The position numbers and the translations under genes were made by a program. A stretch of DNA of 64,000 nucleotides, taken from positions 13,330,001-13,394,000 of the forward strand of contig OZ176052.1 of assembly GCA_964247055.1 (NCBI GenBank), given 5' to 3'. Positions 1-11,200 of the stretch are shown here, piece by piece; positions within the stretch are counted from its first letter, which is position 1; each line of letters opens with the position of its first letter. The stretch is from Paragordius varius (taxonomy: Eukaryota; Animalia; Nematomorpha). The notes under the pieces were generated by a model. That model made no database searches, was not told where the DNA came from, and saw only the letters and a list, made by a program, of their open reading frames with translations.

Positions 1-31
1 TTAAACTTTGTCCTTAAAAATTGGATATTGG

Positions 32-41
32 TCACCGGTGA
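32..41. other. Perfect 10-bp palindrome TCACCGGTGA, once per monomer
   Basis: Self-complementary; present in nearly all copies. Confidence 0.95.
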
Positions 42-43
42 AC

Positions 44-54
44 AAAATTATTTT
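44..54. other. Dyad AAAAT-W-ATTTT, once per monomer
   Basis: 5-bp arms; the central base (monomer position 49) is T or A. Confidence 0.9.
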
Positions 55-67
55 TTATACATTCTCT

Positions 68-78
68 TAGTAAGACTA
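68..78. other. Dyad TAGT-AAG-ACTA, in monomers with T at position 71
   Basis: 4-bp arms with a 3-nt spacer; broken in the common TAGCAAG variant. Confidence 0.8.
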
Positions 79-95
79 CATCAAAATATAGAGAT

Positions 96-108
96 AGTTT
101 GACAAACT
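96..108. other. Dyad AGTTTG-N-CAAACT, once per monomer
   Basis: 6-bp arms with centre A, G or C, and an imperfect extension GAGAT...CTTTC. Confidence 0.93.
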
Positions 109-175
109 CTTTCATATCCGATTTTTACAACGATACATTAAAAATTAATGTATTAAACTAGTCGCATCAATACTC

Positions 176-186
176 AAGTTAAACTT
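176..186. other. Dyad AAGTT-A-AACTT, once per monomer
   Basis: 5-bp arms with a 1-nt centre. Confidence 0.85.
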
Positions 187-192
187 TGTCCT

Positions 193-305
193 TAAAAATC
201 GGATATTGGTCACCGGTTAACAAAATAATTTTTTATACATTCTCTTAGCAAGACTACATCAAAATATAGAGATAGTTTGACAAACTCTTTCATATCCGAT
301 TTTTA
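193..305. repeat. Perfect 14-bp inverted repeat within the monomer (arms at monomer positions 15-28 and 114-127, 85-bp spacer); example copy shown
   Basis: TAAAAATCGGATAT at 193-206 is the exact reverse complement of ATATCCGATTTTTA at 292-305. Confidence 0.97.
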
Positions 306-1800
306 CAACGATACTTTAAAAATTATGATATTAAACTAGTCGCATCAATACTCAAATTAAACTTTGTCCTTAAAAATCGGATATTGCTCACCGGTGAACA
401 AAATTATTTTTTATACATTCTCTTAGTAAGACTACATCAAAATATAGAGATAGTTTGACAAACTCTTTCATATCCGATTTTTACAACGATACTTTAAAAA
501 TTAATGTATAAAACTAGTCGCATCAATACTCAAGTTAAACTTTATCCTTAAAAATTGGATATTGGTCACCGGTGAACATTATTTTTTATACATTCTCTTA
601 GTAAGACTACATCAAAATATGATAGTTTGACAAACTCTTTCATATCCGATTTTTACAAGGATACTTTATAAATTAATGTATAAAACTAGTCGTATCAATA
701 AGTCGCATCAATACTCAAGTTAAACTTTGTCCTTAAAAATCGGATATTGGTCACCGGTGAACAAAATAATTCTTTATACATTCTCTTAGTAAGACTACAT
801 CAAAATATAGAGATAGTTTGACAAACTCTTTCATATCCGATTTTTACAACGATACTTTAAAAATTATGGTATTAAACCAGTCGCATCAATACTCAAGTTA
901 AACTTTGTCCTTAAAAATCGGATTTTGGTCACCGGTGAACAAAATTATTTTTTATACATTCTCTTAGTAAGACTACATCAAAATATAGAGATAGTTTGAC
1001 AAACTCTTTCATATCCGATTTTTACAACGATACTTTAAAAATTAATGTATAAAACTAGTCGCATCAATACTCAAGTTAAACTTTATCCTTAAAAATTGGA
1101 TATTGGTCACCGGTGAACAAAATAATTTTTTATACATTCTCTTAGTAAGACTACATCTATATATAGAGATAGTTTGACAAACTCTTTCATATCCGATTTT
1201 TACAACGATACTGTAAAAATTAATGTATTAAACTAGTGGCATCAATACTCAAGTTAAACTTTGTCCTTAAAAATCGGATATTGGTCACCGGTGAACAAAA
1301 TAATTTTTTATACATTCTCTTAGCAAGACTACATCAAAATATAGAGATAGTTTGACAAACTCTTTCATATCCGATTTTTACAACGATACTTTAAAAATTA
1401 TGATATTAAACTAGTCGCATCAATACTCAAATTAAACTTTGTCCTTAAAAATCGGATATTGCTCACCGGTGAACAAAATTATTTTTTATACATTCTCTTA
1501 GTAAGACTACATCAAAATATAGAGATAATTTGACAAACTCTTTCATATCCGATTTTTACAACGATACTTTAAAAATTAATGTATAAAACTAGTCGCATCA
1601 ATACTCAAGTTAAACTTTATCCTTAAAAAATGGATATTGGTCACCGGTGAACATTATTTTTTATACATTCTCTTAGTAAGACTACATCAAAATATAGAGA
1701 TAGTTTGACAAACTCTTTCATATCCGATTTTTACAAGGATACTTTATAAATTAATGTATAAAACTAGTCGTATCAATAAGTCGCATCAATACTCAAGTTA
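220..1800 (+). repeat. About 3-monomer cassette repeated at a 1075-bp (6-monomer) offset
   Basis: GCTCACC at 386 and 1461; GAACATT deletion at about 571 and 1646; TATGATA variant in both. Confidence 0.85.
688..713 (+). repeat. 13-bp internal tandem duplication defining the 191-bp monomer class (first example)
   Basis: AGTCGTATCAATA (688-700) followed by AGTCGCATCAATA (701-713); recurs in dozens of monomers. Confidence 0.96.
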
Positions 1801-2729
1801 AACTTTATCCTTAAAAATTGGATATTGGTCACCGGTGAACAAAATAATTTTTTATACATTCTCTTAGTAAGACTACATCAAAATATAGAGATAGTTTGAC
1901 AAACTCTTTCATATCCGATTTTTACAACGATACTATAAAAATTAATGTGTTAAACTAGTGGCATCAATACTCAAGTTAAACTTTGTCCTTAAAAATCGGA
2001 GATTGGTCACCGGTGAACAAAATTATTTTTTATACATTCTCTTAGTATTTACATCAAAATATAGAGATAGTTTGACAAACTCTTTCATATCCGATTTTTA
2101 CAACGATACATTAAAAATTACTGTATTAAACTAGTCGCATCAATACTCAAGTTAAACTTTGTCCTTAAAAATCGGATATTGGTCTCCGGTGAACAAAATA
2201 ATTTTTTATACATTGTCTTAGTAAGACTACATCAAAATATAGAGATAGTTTGACAAACTCTTTCATATCCGATTTTTACAACGATACTTTAAAAATTAAT
2301 GTATTAAACTAGTCGCATCAATACTCAAGTTAAACTTTGTCCTTAAAAATCGGATATTGGTCACCGGTGAACAAAATTATTTTTTATACATTCTCTTAGC
2401 AAGACTACATCAAAATATAGAGATAGTTTGACAAACTCTTTCATATCCGATTTTTACAACGATACTTTTAAAATTACTGTATTAAACTAGTCGCATCAAT
2501 ACTCAAGTTAAACTTTGTCCTTAAAAATCGGATATTGGTCACCGGTGAACAAAATAATTTTTTATACATTCTCTTAGTAAGACTACATCAAAATATAGAG
2601 ATAGTTTGACAAACTCTTTCATATCCGATTTTTACAACGATACTTTAAAAATTAATGTATAAAACTAGTCGCATCAATACTCAAGTTAAACTTTATCCTT
2701 AAAAATTGGATATTGGTCACCGGTGAACA

Positions 2730-5700
2730 AAATAATTTTTTATACATTCTCTTAGTAAGACTACATCAAAATATAGAGATAGTTTGACAAACTCTTTCAT
2801 ATCCGATTTTTACAACGATGCTGTAAAAATTAATGTGTTAAACTAGTGGCATCAATACTGAAGTTAAACTTTGTCCTTAAAAATCGGATATTGGTCACCG
2901 GTGAACAAAATTATTTTTTATACATTTTCTTAGTAAGACTACATCAAAATATAGAGATAGTTTGACAAACTCTTTCATATCCGATTTTTACAACGATACA
3001 TTAAAAATTACTGTATTAAACTAGTCGCATCAATACTCAAGTTAAACTTTGTCCTTAAAAATCGAATATTGGTCACCGGTGAACAAAATTATTTTTTATA
3101 CATTTTCTTAGTAAGACTACATCAAAATATAGAGATACTTTGACAAACTCTTTCATATCCGATTTTTACAACGATACTTTAAAAATTATGGTATTAAACC
3201 AGTCGCATCAATACTCAAGTTAAACTTTGTCCTTAAAAATCGGATATTGGTCACCGGTGAACAAAATTATTTTTTATACATTCTCTTAGTAAGACTACAT
3301 CAAAATAATGAGATAGTTTGACAAACTCTTTCATATCCGATTTTTACAACGATACTTTAAAAATTAATGTATAAAACTAGTCGCATGATTACTGAGGTTA
3401 AATTTTGTCCTTAAAAATCGGATATTGGTCACCGGTGAACAAAATTATTTTTTATACATTCTCTTAGTAGGACTACATATAAATATAGAGATAGTTTGGC
3501 AAACTCTTTCATATCCGATTTTTACAATACTTTAAAAATTAATGTATAAAACTAGTTGCATGATTACTCAAGTTAAACTTTGTCCTTAAAAATCGGATAT
3601 TGGTCACCGGTGAACAAAATTATTTTTTATACATTCTCTTAACAAGACTACATCAAAATATAGAGATAGTTTGACAAACTCTTTCATATCCGATTTTTAC
3701 AACGATACTTTAAAAATTAATGTATTAAACTAGTCGCATCAATACTCAAGTTAAACTTTGTCCTTAAAAATCGGATATTGGTCACCGGTGAACAAAATTA
3801 TTTTTTATACATCCTCTTAGCAAGACTACATCAAAATATAGAGATAGTTTGACAAACTCTTTCATATCCGATTTTTACAACGATACTTTAAAAATTAATG
3901 TTATTAAACTAGTCGCATCAATACTCAAGTTAAACTTTGTCCTTGAAAATCGGATATTGGTCACCGGTGAACAAAATTATTTTTTATACATTCTCTTCGC
4001 AAGACTACATCGAAATATAGAGATAGTTTGACAAACTCTTTCATATCCGATTTTTACAACGATACTTTATAAATTAATGTATAAAACTAGTCGTATCAAT
4101 AAGTCGCATCAATACTCAAGTTAAACTTTGTCCTTAAAAATCGGATATTGGTCACCGGTGAACAAAATAATTTTTTATACATTCTCTTAGTAAGATTACA
4201 TCAAAATATAGAGATACTTTGACAAACTCTTTCATATCCGATTTTTACAACGATACTTTAAAAATTATGGTATTAAACCAGTCGCATCAATAGTCAAGTT
4301 AAACTTTGTCCTTAAAAATCGGATATTGGTCACCGGTGAACAAAATTATTTTTTATACATTCTCTTAGTAAGACTACATCAAAATAATGAGATAGTTTGG
4401 CAAACTCTTTCATATCCGATTTTTACAATACTTTAAAAATTAATGTATAAAACTAGTCGCATGATTACTCAAGTTAAACTTTGTCCTTAAAAATCGGATA
4501 TTGGTCACCGGGGAACAAAATAATTTTTTATACATTCTCTTAGTAAGACTACATCAAAATATAGAGATAGTTTGACAAACTCTTTCATATCCGATTTTTA
4601 CAACGATACTGTAAAAATTAATGTGTTAAACTAGTGGCATCAATACTCAAGTTAAACTTTGTCCTTAAAAATCGGATATTGGTCACCGGTGAACAAAATT
4701 ATTTTTTATACATTTTCTTAGTAAGACTACATCAAAATATAGAGATAGTTTGACAAACTCTTTCATATCCGATTTTTACAACGATACATTAAAAATTACT
4801 GTATTAAACTAGTCGCATCAATACTCAAGTTAAACTTTGTCCTTAAAAATCGAATATTGGTCACCGGTGAACAAAATTATTTTTTATACATTTTCTTAGT
4901 AAGACTACATCAAAATATAGAGATACTTTGACAAACTCTTTCATATCCGATTTTTACAACGATACTTTAAAAATTATGGTATTAAACCAGTCGCATCAAT
5001 ACTCAAGTTAAACTTTGTCCTTAAAAATCGGATATTGGTCACCGGTGAACAAAATTATTTTTTATACATTCTCTTAGTAAGACTACATCAAAATAATGAG
5101 ATATTTGACAAACTCTTTCATATCCGATTTTTACAACGATACTTTAAAAATTAATGTATAAAACTAGTCGCATGATTACTGAGGTTAAATTTTGTCCTTA
5201 AAAATCGGATATTGGTCACAGGTGAACAAAATTATTTTTTATACATTCTCTTAGTAGGACTACATATAAATATAGAGATAGTTTGGCAAACTCTTTCATA
5301 TCCGATTTTTACAATACTTTAAAAATTAATGTATAAAACTAGTTGCATGATTACTCAAGTTAAACTTTGTCCTTAAAAATCGGATATTGGTCACCGGTGA
5401 ACAAAATTATTTTTTATACATTCTCTTAACAAGACTACATCAAAATATAGAGATAGTTTGACAAACTCTTTCATATCCGATTTTTACAACGATACTTTAA
5501 AAATTAATGTATTAAACTAGTCGCATCAATACTCAAGTTAAACTTTGTCCTTAAAAATCGGATATTGGTCACCGGTGAACAAAATTATTTTTTATACATC
5601 CTCTTAGCAAGACTACATCAAAATATAGAGATAGTTTGACAAACTCTTTCATATCCGATTTTTACAACGATACTTTAAAAATTAATGTTATTAAACTAGT

Positions 5701-6390
5701 CGCATCAATACTCAAGTTAAACTTTGTCCTTGAAAATCGGATATTGGTCACCGGTGAACAAAATTATTTTTTATACATTCTCTTCGCAAGACTACATCGA
5801 AATATAGAGATAGTTTGACAAACTCTTTCATATCCGATTTTTACAACGATACTTTATAAATTAATGTATAAAACTAGTCGTATCAATAAGTCGCATCAAT
5901 ACTCAAGTTAAACTTTGTCCTTAAAAATCGGATATTGGTCACCGGTGAACAAAATAATTTTTTATACATTCTCTTAGTAAGATTACATCAAAATATAGAG
6001 ATACTTTGACAAACTCTTTCATATCCGATTTTTACAACGATACTTTAAAAATTATGGTATTAAACCAGTCGCATCAATAGTCAAGTTAAACTTTGTCCTT
6101 AAAAATCGGATATTGGTCACCGGTGAACAAAATTATTTTTTATACATTCTCTTAGTAAGACTACATCAAAATAATGAGATAGTTTGGCAAACTCTTTCAT
6201 ATCCGATTTTTACAATACTTTAAAAATTAATGTATAAAACTAGTCGCATGATTACTCAAGTTAAACTTTGTCCTTAAAAATCGGATATTGGTCACCGGGG
6301 AACAAAATAATTTTTTATACATTCTCTTAGTAAGACTACATCAAAATATAGAGATAGTTTGACAAACTCTTTCATATCCGATTTTTACAA
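2730..6390 (+). repeat. Tandem duplication of a 10-monomer unit (1788/1787 bp)
   Basis: CATTTTCT at 2923 and 4711; ACCGGGG ending at 4513 and 6300; ORFs at 3849 and 5636. A 1-bp deletion near 5103 explains the offset change. Confidence 0.93.
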
Positions 6391-8250
6391 CGATACTTTA
6401 AAAATTAATGTATTAAACTAGTCGCATCAATACTCAAGTTAAACTTTGTCCTTAAAAATCGGATATTGGTCACCGGTGAACAAAATTATTTTTTATACAT
6501 CCTCTTAGCAAGACTACATCAAAATATAGAGATAGTTTGACAAACTCTTTCATATCCGATTTTTACAACGATACTTTAAAAATTAATGTTATTAAACTAG
6601 TCGCATCAATACTCAAGTTAAACTTTGTCCTTAAAAATCGGATATTGGTCACCTGTGAACAAAATTATTTTTTATACATTCTCTTCGCAAGACTACATCA
6701 AAATATAGAGATAGTTTGGCAAACTCTTTCATATCCGATTTTTACAACAATACTTTAAAAATTATGGTATTAAACCAGTCGCATCCATACTCAAGTTAAA
6801 CTTTGTCCTTAAAAATCGGATATTGATCACCGGTGAAAATTATTTTTTATACATTCTTTTAGTAAGACTACATCAAAATATAGAGATAGTTTGACAAACT
6901 CTTTCATATCCGATTTTTACAACGATACTTTAAAAATTAATGTATTAAACTAGTCGCATCAATACTCAAGTTAAACTTTGTCCTTAAAAATCGGATATTG
7001 GTCACCGGTGAACAAAATAATTTTTTATACATTCTCTTAGCAAGACTACATCAAAATATAGAGATAGTTTGACAAACTCTTTCATATCCGATTTTTACAA
7101 CGATACTTTATAAATTAATGTATAAAACTAGTCGTATCAATACTCAAGTTAAACTTTATCCTTAAAAATTGGATATTGGTCACCGGTGAACAAAATTATT
7201 TTTTATACATTCTCTTAGTAAGACTACATCAAAATAATGAGATAGTTTGGCAAACTCTTTCATATCCGATTTTTACAATACTTTAAAAATTAATGTATAA
7301 AACTAGTCGCATGATTACTCAAGTTAAACTTTGTCCTTAAAAATCGGATATTGGTCACCGGGGAACAAAATAATTTTTTATACATTCTCTTAGTAAGACT
7401 ACATCAAAATATAGAGATAGTTTGACAAACTCTTTCATATCCGATTTTTACAACGATACTTTAAAAATTAATGTATTAAACTAGTCGCATCAATACTCAA
7501 GTTAAACTTTGTCCTTAAAAATCGGATATTGGTCACCGGTGAACAAAATTATTTTTTATACATCCTCTTAGCAAGACTACATCAAAATATAGAGATAGTT
7601 TGACAAACTCTTTCATATCCGATTTTTACAACGATACTTTAAAAATTAATGTTATTAAACTAGTCGCATCAATACTCAAGTTAAACTTTGTCCTTAAAAA
7701 TCGGATATTGGTCACCTGTGAACAAAATTATTTTTTATACATTCTCTTCGCAAGACTACATCAAAATATAGAGATAGTTTGGCAAACTCTTTCATATCCG
7801 ATTTTTACAACAATACTTTAAAAATTATGGTATTAAACCAGTCGCATCCATACTCAAGTTAAACTTTGTCCTTAAAAATCGGATATTGATCACCGGTGAA
7901 AATTATTTTTTATACATTCTTTTAGTAAGACTACATCAAAATATAGAGATAGTTTGACAAACTCTTTCATATCCGATTTTTACAACGATACTTTAAAAAT
8001 TAATGTATTAAACTAGTCGCATCAATACTCAAGTTAAACTTTGTCCTTAAAAATCGGATATTGGTCACCGGTGAACAAAATAATTTTTTATACATTCTCT
8101 TAGCAAGACTACATCAAAATATAGAGATAGTTTGACAAACTCTTTCATATCCGATTTTTACAACGATACTTTATAAATTAATGTATAAAACTAGTCGTAT
8201 CAATACTCAAGTTAAACTTTATCCTTAAAAATTGGATATTGGTCACCGGT
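6120..8250 (+). repeat. Tandem duplication of a 6-monomer unit (1063 bp)
   Basis: AGTTTGGC at 6181 and 7244; ORFs at 6537 and 7600; ACCTGTG and GGTGAAAATT variants in both. Confidence 0.92.
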
Positions 8251-11200
8251 GAACAAAATAATTTTCTATACATTCTCTTAGTAAGACTACATCAAAATAT
8301 AGAGATAGTTTGACAAACTCTTTCATATCCGATTTTTACAACGATACTTTAAAAATTAATGTTATTAAACTAGTCGCATCAATACTCAAGTTAAACTTTG
8401 TCCTTAAAAATCGGATATTGGTCACCGGTGAACAAAATTATTTTTTATACATTCTCTTCGCAAGACTACATCAAAATATAGAGATAGTTTGACAAACTCT
8501 TTCATATCCGATTTTTACAACGATACTTTATAAATTAATGTATAAAACTAGTCGTATCAATAAGTCGCATCAATACTCAAGTTAAACTTTGTCCTTAAAA
8601 TCGGATATTGGTCACCGGTGAACAAAATTATTTTTTATACATTCTCTTAGTAGGACTACATATAAATATAGAGATAGTTTGGCAAACTCTTTCATATCCG
8701 ATTTTTACAATACTTTAAAAATTAATGTATAAAACTAGTCGCATGATTACTCAAGTTAAACTTTGTCCTTAATAATCGGATATTGGTCACCGGTGAACAA
8801 AATAATTTTTTATACATTCTCTTAGTAAGACTACATCAAAATATAGAGATAGTTTGACAAACTCTTTCATATCCGATTTTTACAACGATACTTTAAAAAT
8901 TAATGTATTAAACTAGTCGCATCAATACTCAAGTTAAACTTTGTCCTTAAAAATCGGATATTGGTCACCGGTGAACAAAATTATTTTTTATACATTCTCT
9001 TAGCAAGACTACATCAAAATATAGAGATAGTTTGACAAACTCTTTCATATCCGATTTTTACAACGATACTTTATAAATTAATGTATAAAACTAGTCGTAT
9101 CAATACTCAAGTTAAACTTTATCCTTAAAAATTGGATATTGGTCACCGGTGAACAAAATAATTTTTTATACATGATCTTAGTAAGACTACATCAAAATAT
9201 AGAGATAGTTTGACAAACTCTTTCATATCCGATTTTTACAACGATACTTTAAAAATTATGGTATTAAACTAGTCGCATAATTACTCAAATTAAACTTTGT
9301 CCTTAAAAATCGGATATTGGTCACCGGTGAACAAAATTATTTTTTATATATTCTCTTAGCAAGACTACATCAAAATATAGAGATAGTTTGACAAACTCTT
9401 TCATATCCGATTTTCACAACGATACTTTAAAAATTAATGTATAAAACTAGTCGTATCAGTAAATCGCATCAATACTCAAGTTAAACTTTGTCCTTTAAAA
9501 TCGGATATTGGTCACCGGTGAACAAAATTATTTTTTATATATTCTCTTAGCAAGACTACATCAAAATATAGAGATAGTTTGACAAACTCTTTCATATCCG
9601 ATTTTCACAACGATACTTTAAAAATTAATGTATAAAACTAGTCGTATCAATAAATCGCATCAATACTCAAGTTAAACTTTATCCTTAAATATTGGATATT
9701 GGTCACCGGTGAACAAATTAATTTTTTATACATGATCTTAGTAGGACTACATATAAATATAGAGATAGTTTGGCAAACTCTTTCATATCCGATTTTTACA
9801 ACAATACTTTAAAAATTATGGTATTAAACCAGTCGCATCCATACTCAAGTTAAACTTTGTCCTTAAAAATAGGATATTGATCACCGGTGAAAATTATTTT
9901 TTATACATTCTTTTAGTAAGACTACATCAAAATATAGAGATAGTTTGACATACTCTTTCATATCCGATTTTTACAACGATACTTTAAAAATTAATGTATT
10001 AAACTAGTCGCATCAATACTCAAGTTAAACTTTGTCCTTAAAAATCGGATATTGGTCACCGGTGAACAAAATAATTTTTTATACATTCTCTTAGCAAGAC
10101 TACATCAAAATATAGAGATAGTTTGACAAACTTTTTCATATCCGATTTTTACAACGATACTTTATAAATTAATGTATAAAACTAGTCGTATCAATACTCA
10201 AGTTAAACTTTATCCTTAAAAATTGGATATTGGTCACCGGTGAACAAAATAATTTTTTATACATTCTCTTAGTAAGACTACATCAAAATATAGAGATAGT
10301 TTGACAAACTCTTTCATATCCGATTTTTACAACGATACTTTAAAAATTATGGTATTAAACTAGTCGCATCAATACTCAAATTAAACTTTGTCCTTAAAAA
10401 TCGGATATTGGTCACCGGTGAACAAAATTATTTTTTATATATTCTCTTAGCAAGACTACATCAAAATATAGAGATAGTTTGACAAACTCTTTCATATCCG
10501 ATTTTCACAACGATACTTTAAAAATTAATGTATAAAACTAGTCGTATCAGTAAATCGCATCAATACTCAAGTTAAACTTTGTCCTTAAAAATCGGATATT
10601 GGTCACCGGTGAACAAAATTATTTTTTATATATTCTCTTAGCAAGACTACATAAAAATATAGAGATAGTTTGACCAACTCTTTCATATCCGATTTTCACA
10701 ACGATACTTTAAAAATTAATGTATAAAACTAGTCGTATCAATACTCAAGTTAAACTTTGTCCTTAAAAATCGGATATTGGTCACCGGTGAACAAAATAAT
10801 TTTTTATACATTCTCTTAGCAAGACTACATCAAAATATAGAGATAGTTTGACAAACTCTTTCATATCCGATTTTTACAACGATACTTTAAAAATTAATGT
10901 ATTAAACTAGTCGCATCAATACTCAAGTTAAACTTTGTCCTTAAAAATCGGATATTGGTCACCGGTGAACAAAATAATTTTTTATACATTCTCTTAGCAA
11001 GACTACATCAAAATATAGAGATAGTTTGACAAACTCTTTCATATCCGATTTTTACAACAATACTTTAAAAATTATGGTATTAAACCAGTCGCATCCATAC
11101 TCAAGTTAAACTTTGTCCTTAAAAATCGGATATTGATCACCGGTGAACAAAATTATTTTTTATACATTCTTTTAGTAAGACTACATCAAAATATAGAGAT

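Larger units (their letters stand above)
1..178 (+). repeat. Representative 178-bp monomer (phase arbitrary)
   Basis: Direct reading: 49/178 G+C in the consensus. It carries BstEII (GGTCACC), AgeI/SgrAI (CACCGGTG), DraI, AseI and SpeI sites in most copies. Confidence 0.97.

Noticed and set aside
1-178. Identity with Arabidopsis CEN178/180 or primate alpha satellite because of similar length
   Set aside because: The consensus lacks the motifs I recall for those families (e.g. no HindIII AAGCTT) and is more AT-rich. Only the length is similar. A BLAST search would settle it.
1-178. Monomer as a diverged dimer of about 89 bp
   Set aside because: Shared words (TAGT, CATCAA, AAAATTA, AAACT) have inconsistent offsets (86-101 bp), so I cannot support this by eye.
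1-178. 10-bp phased A-tracts giving intrinsic curvature
   Set aside because: Tracts are abundant, but their spacing is irregular on inspection. A curvature or periodicity computation is needed before claiming this.
409-513. TATA-box or terminator-like motifs (TATAAAA, hairpins near T runs)
   Set aside because: These are expected by chance in 72% AT repeat DNA, and there is no associated gene or expression evidence.
3995-4011. CENP-B box in CTTCGCAAGACTACATC
   Set aside because: It has TTCG and the central A of NTTCGNNNNANNCGGGN but lacks the required CGGG.
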